NCBI RefSeq assembly: GCF_009914755.1
Contig: NC_060926.1
Strand: one strand, 5' to 3'
Length of the DNA: 64,000 bases
Origin: the human T2T-CHM13v2.0 reference genome, Homo sapiens
A program made the translations under genes and the position numbers. The notes under the pieces are model-generated. The model had not been told where the DNA came from and ran no database searches. It saw only the letters and a list, made by a program, of their open reading frames with translations. Shown one piece after another: positions 55,500-64,000 of the stretch (position 1 is the first letter of the stretch; each line of letters starts with the position of its first letter).

Positions 55500-56950
55500 T
55501 TAATGACATCAGGCTAGTCCACTTAGTTTTTATATCATCATTTACTTACCTCCTTATTATAAAAGTAACTGTTTTTCCACATGAATATCAATACTGTATT
55601 AAGTACAGACCTGGAGCAGCTTTGCTCCTGAGAACTGCTTCCAGAATGGCATTACTCAGTCAAAAGGAATGAACCTTTATGTGGTTCTTGGTCAATAATG
55701 CCATATTGACCTCCAAAAATATTCCTACCAATTTACATAGTTACATACAATGTAGGCCTGTGCTTGTTTCACCACAACTATTACAGCATTGGGTTTTTTG
55801 ATTTCCTATTACTTTATTGATATAACAGATCTTAAGTGCTACCTCAGTTTTTAAATTTGTTTTTAGAATATAGTAAATTTAGCTTATTTTAAAAGAAGTA
55901 TAAAGTACAGATATGCAAGGAGAACAAAACAGAAGCTACCTGTAATTCCATCTTCTAGAGATAGTCCGTGATAATAATCTCCTTCCAGAATTATCCCTAT
56001 GCACATATATAAGGATACAATAGAACGTGCTTATCTAAATGGCTATGCATAGTTGTGTACTGAATACCAGATTTTAACCTCTTTTTCTTTTAATGTATCA
56101 TATGCATATGTTTGAAACTGTCAGAAATTATATACCTGTTAAATCCATATTGTAGGACATTCAACTTAGTCTGAAGTCTTATTTTAAAACAATTAATCAG
56201 TCTTATACCTAAGCCTTTTGCTGACATTCTTAATGTTTCCTTAGCATAAATCATTGCAGTGGGATTTCTGTGTGAAAGTACTTTTGATGCATATTGACAC
56301 GTTTCTGTTGGGAAAGTTTGCACCATTCCACATAGCTCTCATTTCCCAGACCTCATCAGAACTGAGTGTTATATGCCTTTAATCTTTCCATCTAACGAGT
56401 GGAAAACACATCCATTTTTAAGTTTGCATTTCTTTGGTTACTGAACAAAATTAAATCTTTTCAATGCTTTATCTATGTGCATTTATTATTGCATGAATAA
56501 CTTATTCATGTTCCCTTATCATTTTGAGAAGCCTCCTATTATACGAAAGATCCCAATTATTTGTCATATATACTACAAATGCTTCCAATGCATTTTTTAC
56601 TTTAAAATTGTTGTGGGTTATTTTTAACATCTAGATGCTTGTAATTTCTAAGTTTGAAAAAAATCAGTGAGCATTTTCTTTGTTTACTCTGATTTTGATA
56701 TTATGCTTAGAAAGGCCACATCCAGTCCCAGATGTTTTTTAACTAACATTTTTTTCTAGCTATTTAAAATTTTTCATTATTTTATGATTTCATTTAAAAA
56801 GAATCTTTCTATCCTTAATCCAGCTGGAATATATTTGGCTCATCAACTGAGATAAAGATCTAAGCTAAACAGTTAACCAATTATCTCATCACTGTATTGA
56901 ATGATACATCCTTTCAGCAGTTATTTGAAATGCCATCCATATAAGAGAAT
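55500..56950 (-). mobile_element. Old L1ME fragments
   Basis: ttatgcttagaaaggcc, ttaatccagctggaatatattt, atttgaaatgcca. Confidence 0.65.
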
Positions 56951-59322
56951 AAATTAGCACTTTTTTTTTAACCTGCGGTGACCTGATACCTATCTTCAAA
57001 TAGTTTGATGCCGCTGACGTGGAAGGAGAATTAGACAGGTCCTATGTGGCCCAAGAAAGTGGAGTTGGAGCCTGGATGGAATAAAATGACCTTCAGTGGG
57101 AGGCACAGAGGAGCTGATTCACTTGCCAGGTGGATGACACAAGGGAATTGCCTGGACTTCAAATGATCACCCTGGCAGTGGTCTCCCCCATCCCAAAACT
57201 GAACTAAAAGAGCTTCCCTAGGCATTTGGGGAAGATAGTTGTATTGAAGGGCTTCCTAATCACCCTCCAATCCTGAGATCCCCTGATTCTATCAACCCAG
57301 AGCAAGCTAGGACACAGAAAATTCCATTTCCATAATGTGGCATTAGAAATAGAGAAACCCAAGACTGACGATGGCTGCAACAAATCAAAACAAAGAGACC
57401 TTTCCTAGAGGGCCATACAGAAGCAGCAGCTTACTGACCTGACTATCTTGGGGCATCCGGTTCACACCGGGCACCCTTAAGCCAACTGAGCCCAGTGTGA
57501 GAACGCAGTCCCAGGGGAGGAGACCGATGGCAGGCGTCCACTCTCCTTGTGGTAAGGGACTTCGGTATCTGGGAAACTATTTGCTCTGTTTATTTTGGAC
57601 TAGAAAATTGCATCTTGTTTGTCTGTGGTTGTTTAGTGACAGAGAAAAATTAGGAAGTCTAAATTTAAACAAATGCTAAATATATAATTGTTCCAATGAA
57701 AACTACGATAGTTATTTTCCCACCTGGTATAAACGTGTAGGAAATAATGCCCCTAGGATCCCACAGACAAAAAGAATGACTTTTTTTTAAAAAATCTTTG
57801 GAGTTATTTCTGGGAAGAGCATGACATTTCCTACATTAATTGAATATGGTCAGTTATCCCATCTATTTGAAGGGCATGACACTTGGTCCCTAAAAGTTGA
57901 AAAGACGAGGCAGAGTGCCCTTAGTTGGTGTTCTCAGCACACACCAAGTGGGGCTGGCCGATAGTGCTATGAGAAAGAGAAGCAGCCTCAGCCCAGGCCT
58001 CCCTCACATCACCTTGTAAGGGCATAGCTCCGGGGACCTCCGGGGACCTTCATGCGCCAAGGGTGAGATCGTGAGAGCAGCTCTGAGCCTTTGGCCTGGC
58101 CCAAGTGCCCATTGAGACATTTGCCTCCATCCAGGACAGAAAACAGAGGAAGAAGTGCCTGGATCACCATGATGGACAGCACTACCGGGCCCACCCCACA
58201 CTTGTACTATCCATACAAGGGTTGTGGGAGGCCCAGGAGCCTGGTCTAGAGGTCCACCCTGACTCTAAGTGGATCGTTCATTTTCGCCAATCGTGACACA
58301 TTGTCTCCCGGGGTGGCCACAGAACACAGTGGTCAGGACCCTGAACCTGCAAGGCTGCTTGGGATCGTGGCCAAGCCACCTATCCTTTATCCTCTATCAC
58401 TTCCAATTTCCTCGTCTGCTCCCTGGGATGATGATACGTAGGACCCATCTGGAGTTCGTGTGAAGATTCAGGGGCTCCTCTTTCTCTCTCACAGACAGTC
58501 TCATGCACGTGTATCCGTATAAGTGTTTCATCTTAGTATTTATTCAAAATATGTGCCACATGCTGGGTAAGTGATGAGGACAATGGCCCTGGTGAGAAAC
58601 CCCATCATCACGTGGAGCCCCCTCCCCATCTGTGTGGTTGGCGATCCCCTGGGTATTTGCAGGTCTGAGGGATGGCGGAGATGGTTCTCACTGGCTTAAG
58701 TGTTCCAGAAAACGGAAGTAGCAATTCATAGTTCATGCTTTCCTGAATTTTTCTCTCAATTTTTTCTTTGACTAACATTTTGAAGGAAATAGGCACTAAG
58801 GTCTGAATACATGGAGACGAGGAGAAACGGGCTGGACCAGAGCCCTGAGTGGGCTGTGGGGAGATGCTGCTGTGTTTGTCAGCCCCAGGCGTGAGTTTAG
58901 TCTTGAGCCATAGACTTACATCTAGAAGGGGAGAGGGAAGGCTGTCTTCCCAGGAAAGGACGGCAGAGCAGTCTTCATCCATCTCCTCCTAGACTTTATC
59001 AGGTAAATTCCCAGTGACTGCAGAAATCAGATTTCAATTTGCGTAATAGCCAAAAGAAAGTCAGGCAGCAAACACACAAAAGCCCACCTCGGTGGCCCAC
59101 GTGTGGCTGTCTGACTCAGTCTGTGGTTCCAGGCCATGTGTCCTGGTCTCATCTCCAGTGCCAGACCTGCTCCCACTTGGATCCAATTCCCACTCCATCC
59201 CTGGCTTCTTCTCCTGCCTCCCACCTCTGTACTTGTGCATTTGCCCCTGGTCCTCCCCAGCTTGTGACCTCAGCTCCCTGGAGAGAACAGTATGGTGGCT
59301 GGGACCTGCATGAGCCCCCTTC

Positions 59323-59469
59323 CGGTGTTGCCAGATGAAATACAGGACTCCCAGTTAAATGTGAATTTCAGATACTTGGGACATATTTATGCTAAACGGT
59401 GATTTGTGTTTATCTGAAATCCACATTTAGTTGATACCCTGTATTTTTATTTGAGAAATCTGGCAGCCT
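59323..59469. mobile_element. MER53 palindromic hAT MITE, internally deleted
   Basis: TIRs gttgccagat and atctggcagc; inverted arms aaatgtgaatttcagata and tatctgaaatccacattt. Confidence 0.9.
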
Positions 59470-61257
59470 CCTTGCACTGGGCTACTTTGCAGGATAGACC
59501 AGCTCTCCCAATCCCTGGGACACAGCCCTACCACCCAGTGCCCAAGGGCGGGCTTCACTCCATCGCTGGCCCACCTCTCTCTTGGCTCTTTTCCTGTGTC
59601 CAGGAAAATGATTGGCCTGTATATAGCAACCTCTCCTCCGTCGAAGTGCAAGGGAGGTTTTACTTCTAGTACACATTCACTCTGTTCCCTGGGGCAGTCT
59701 CCCTCCAACTTGGCAGAAAATCAGCCATGGCTCTTGCCCAGGTAACTGACACATTTTTATTACAAATGTGCTAGGTTCCAGGCGAATAGCTGAGTTTGAG
59801 GTGTCTGCGTGGTCCACAATTCCCAATATCCTCCTTAAGAGCTGAAGCTTTCCAAATTTTTTGACAGACATGGGGCCAGGTTTTCATCTTACAGACAGGA
59901 ATTCTCCCCAGGATTTAGGGTGTTCCCACAGAGCTCTGGAAAAATGGGAATCTGGCCCACAAAAGAAGAAAGCCAGCCTAGAGGGGGGTGTTTGACCTTT
60001 GAAGGCTGCAAAACCCAACAAAAGAAGAGAGAATAGACTTAAGAAAAAGTGTTTGCTCAAAGGCATTCTCACTGGGGCCACAAATTACTTATAGAGTGAT
60101 CAAGAACTGAAAGTTGAAGGAGGATGCCGCTGAACCTCCGTCCACGGATCCCGTGATGAGGGTGAGCAGGAGGGGAATTGAACAGATGTTGTCCATTAAT
60201 GCACACAATAAATGGGAAGCCAGTGCATCAGCTCCGTGACACCTGTTGCAGAAATCAGTCTGGCAAAAAGACTTCTGTAGGCATGCTTCACCTGCAGAAT
60301 TTATATTAAGACTAGCACGGGAAAGGCAGATCTGAGGCCAGACACACGCAAGCAGGCAAGATGGAGAAATTGTGTATATTGGAGTCACATCAATTTTCTT
60401 GATATCCAGGGGGACAGACTCACACAATCCACTGCTGTGGGCCTAACAGCAGGTGGCTTTATTCCTGCTGGGGAGGACTAAAGTGGATCTGGAGAGGTGT
60501 GTGTACATTCACGGGCAACAGAGCAGAAAACAGACCAAAGAATGGGTCCATTCTGTGGGTTCAGAACAATCTTCTGTTTAAAAAAATTCAAGGTTCCCAA
60601 GTTTTGTTTAAGAATGGGGAAAGGGAGGAGGCAAGGTCTTACCAATTACAGATACGCAAAGTCTTTATTCATCTGATAAATATCCCGTGAATAAATATTT
60701 AGTTTTTTACAGGAAAAACTAAAGCCAGAAAGCACTTTTGTGGTGAGAGGTAGGACTCTGTTTGATGGTTGGTTGGGGAGTGAGTGACTCAGGCCCATGG
60801 GGTACACCAGGGTGCCTCCACTTCCAAATTAAAGTCCCCCGCCTATAGAGTTTCATGTGGAAGCACCTACCTTCTGCAGTGCTGGATGCATATCACACTA
60901 CCGCACCTGGGGCTTGGGAGTGCTCGGAGGAGTATGGAAATGAAACAAGAGCCCATTAAAATGCCAAACACACCCATAGCAGTAGAGAGGAGCAAGGCTT
61001 CCCTAGTGCCAACTCCACTGTGGTCTACAATAGGAACCCAAAGCTCCAAAGGAGACAGGCTTGGGTAGACACCCTTCCCTCCTACACAGCTGCACTATCT
61101 GGGCTGGGTCCCAGGGAGGTCCCTCAGCTGCATCAGAGCATCATTGTCCCCTTCTACGTTTTCAGCCAGACTCAGGAGAGAGTCCTTCTCCACTTTAGAA
61201 AACTGATGTGGAAACCATTTTGAAGCCACCCTGTTTTTATTACAAGCATTCAGAGCC

Positions 61258-62601
61258 TGTATTAGTCAGCCAGGGTATCATAATGTTACAGGATCTTTGG
61301 GGTGTTGATTTTCCGGCCGGAAACCTCTGTGGCCATGGTGCCCTTGCCAGAGTTCTTGTCCTGCATCCAGGAAAAATGAGGTATGTAGACAAGTGAAGTG
61401 TGAACAAAACAAGGATGAGCTGTATTGAGTATTACAACAGCTCAGAGGAGACCCACAGTAGGTAGCTCCTCTCTGTAGGCAGGTCTTCTGTTGAGTGTTC
61501 AGTTCTCAGCAGGGAGGAGGCCCTGGAGAGGGTAGCTCCTCTGCAACTGGTCATCCTGATGTTGATAGCTCTCAGTGGAGAGGAGGCTCTGGAGGGTGAC
61601 GGTGGCTGCTCTCTGCAAGCTGGTCATCTCTGCAGCTCTCAGTGGAAAGGAGGCCCTGGAGAGGGTGGCTCCTCTCTGCCAGCAGGTCGTCTCTCTGCAG
61701 CTCTCAACAGAGAGGATATTCCTCTTCATCCTCTGGCTGTCCACTGCCCTGCTCTGGTTAAGTCCAGGGCTTTCATGGACCTCAGAGGAAGAGAGGCCAG
61801 GCAGCAGGAGCAGATACCCCCAAGCCTGCAGGGATAGCAGCCTTCTTCCTGGAGCCCCCGAGGGTGCAGGCTACAGAGATGCCTAGGTCCTGTGCCTGGG
61901 AGGGTGGCCACAGCTGCACCTGGGAGCTCCCACAATGCCAAATCAGAAGGGGTGGGGCTCCCAGTTGTCCCTGCCTCCTGCCTGCTCCAGAAATCAGGAG
62001 GCCCATGTCTGCCGCTGCAGGTCTGGCAGCTGCAGCTGCATCCAGGAGGGCAGATCCTGCTTATTCCTGGACCCCCACAAGAGCACAGGGAGGCTCACAT
62101 CCACAGCCACAGTTTGGACGGCTGTAGCAACACTGGGGAACTCCTGCCCCAACTCAGAAGGAGCGGGGCCCCACTGGCTCCTTGGAGGGTGCAGCCCCAG
62201 CCACGCCTCCCTGCTGCAGCCAGTGTGATGGCAGCAGCCACTGCCATCAATAACAGAGGACCGCAGGCTGGGGGCTTAAACAACACATTTATTTGCTCTC
62301 AGTTCTGAAGGCTGGAAGTCCTAGATCACAGTGTTGGCAGGGTTGGGTTTCTTTGGAGACCTCTCTTCTTGACTTGTAAATGCCACCTTCTCCCTGTGTC
62401 CTCACATGGTCTTTCCTCTGTGCGTGTCTGAGTCCTAATCTCTTCTTAAAAGGACACCAGGCATATTGGATTAGGGCCCACCTTAATGACTTCATTTTAC
62501 CTTAATTACCTCTAGAGAGATAAGAGCTACTCATATTCTGAGCTACTGAGGGTTAGGACTTCAACATGTGAATTTGGTGGGATGCAATTCAGGCCATCAC
62601 A
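61258..62601 (-). mobile_element. MaLR LTR MLT1B-like, split by MER52
   Basis: Perfect 5-bp TSD gagcc at 61253-61257 and 62602-62606. Confidence 0.9.
61284..62249 (-). mobile_element. ERV1 solo LTR, MER52-like
   Basis: tgttacagg start, tgatggcag..ctgccatca end, perfect 4-bp TSD ataa, internal ggaggccctggagaggg repeats. Confidence 0.88.
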
Positions 62602-62659
62602 GAGCCACACCACCCTTGTGGGCCATCTGCAAGGCAGTACTTACCCAGGTCAGTGGTTA

Positions 62660-63074
<415 letters not shown>

Positions 63075-63564
63075 TCAAATGCCTAGCCCTGGATTGCATT
63101 TAGTAAATACACAGGAGCTTCCAGAATCAGAAGAGAGGAAAGTCATGGTGGGTTAATGGGGTAAGCAGCGAGAAGACTTAGGAGTCACCTGGCCTGAACA
63201 TCTACTGAACTGGATAATCAAAGTTGAGAAAGAAGAAGGCAAAGGGGTGAGGGCACAGGAGGCCTGATGGCAGGAGGGGGAGGGATCAGTGCTCCCCGGA
63301 CATGAGGGCACGCTCTGGCTGTGGCAACCAGACCCTGAGGCCTGGTCTCCTTCTGAAGACTGAGAACGGCTTGCCTTGGCCATTCCTCATGTCTCGAATG
63401 TTCTTGGCCCAGATCTCTGTGAGGCTAGCAGCCTGTCTTTTAGATAACAGCACAAAAGTTCCTGTGCTGGGACTCTCATGGCTGCCCTGCATCAACCCTC
63501 TACCCTGCTCTGTGCTGGGAGGCAGACTGTGTTGGGCTGGGCTTGCAAATGTCCCCGGGATTTA

Positions 63565-63880
63565 ACATTTTAGGTATGGGGAGACACAGACACAGACACA
63601 ACTGCCTTGAAAGAAGCATTCCTTTGCTTGACCAATAGGAGTGGGCATGACACACCAGGCTGCACAGGGCCACGAGGGAAAGGACCAGGGTCATTCAGGA
63701 GGCAGAGGGAGCCAGAGGGAGGCAGGGACCGGAGCCTTTATTGTGGTTTTCTCGGGAAGGAATGGGCCAGGTGGGGTGGACATGCTGGGCAGGCTTGGGA
63801 TAGGGCAGCTTGAATAATCTGGGGCAGCGGATGGGTCTGAGATATAGGGGTGGTCCCTAGTTGTCTCATCCCTGGTCCAT
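63565..63880 (-). mobile_element. ERVL LTR, MER74-like
   Basis: gcctttattgtggtttt..gggaaggaatggg; tagggg..gtccctagttgtct. Confidence 0.65.
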
Positions 63881-63938
63881 ACTCTGAGTAGATCTCCCAA
63901 CTCTTTCCACACTATTGGCTTGCAAGTCTCCCAGTGGA

Positions 63939-64000
63939 CTCTGTACATGTCTGAGTCCTAATCTCTTCTTCTTAACAGGACACCAGGCATATTGGATCAG
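63939..64000 (-). mobile_element. MLT1B fragment near-identical to 62416-62474; runs off the window
   Basis: gtctgagtcctaatctcttctt..aggacaccaggcatattggat is shared with the upstream copy. Confidence 0.85.

Overview
Primate (human-like) nuclear genomic DNA, not prokaryotic or viral: AluS/AluY SINEs, THE1/MLT1 MaLR LTRs, MER51/MER52/MER21/LTR26 ERV1 LTRs, MIR/L2/L3/L1M fossils and Tigger/hAT DNA transposon fossils. I found no supportable protein-coding exon, tRNA, rRNA or CRISPR array. The ORF track consists of chance ORFs and translations of repeats. The window looks intergenic or deep intronic and is unusually LTR-rich (about 20% by my hand-summed coordinates). Points of interest: a CpG-richer promoter/enhancer-like block at ~9.7-10.9 kb, candidate plus-strand non-coding exons, several recent local duplications and templated insertions, cryptic minisatellites, structurally odd Alus, a THE1 provirus missing its 3' LTR, and a miR-1302-like 21-mer in a MER53. 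I see no convincing evidence of a new biological system. Repeat subfamily names come from remembered consensus features, not a database search, and boundaries without a stated TSD are approximate.
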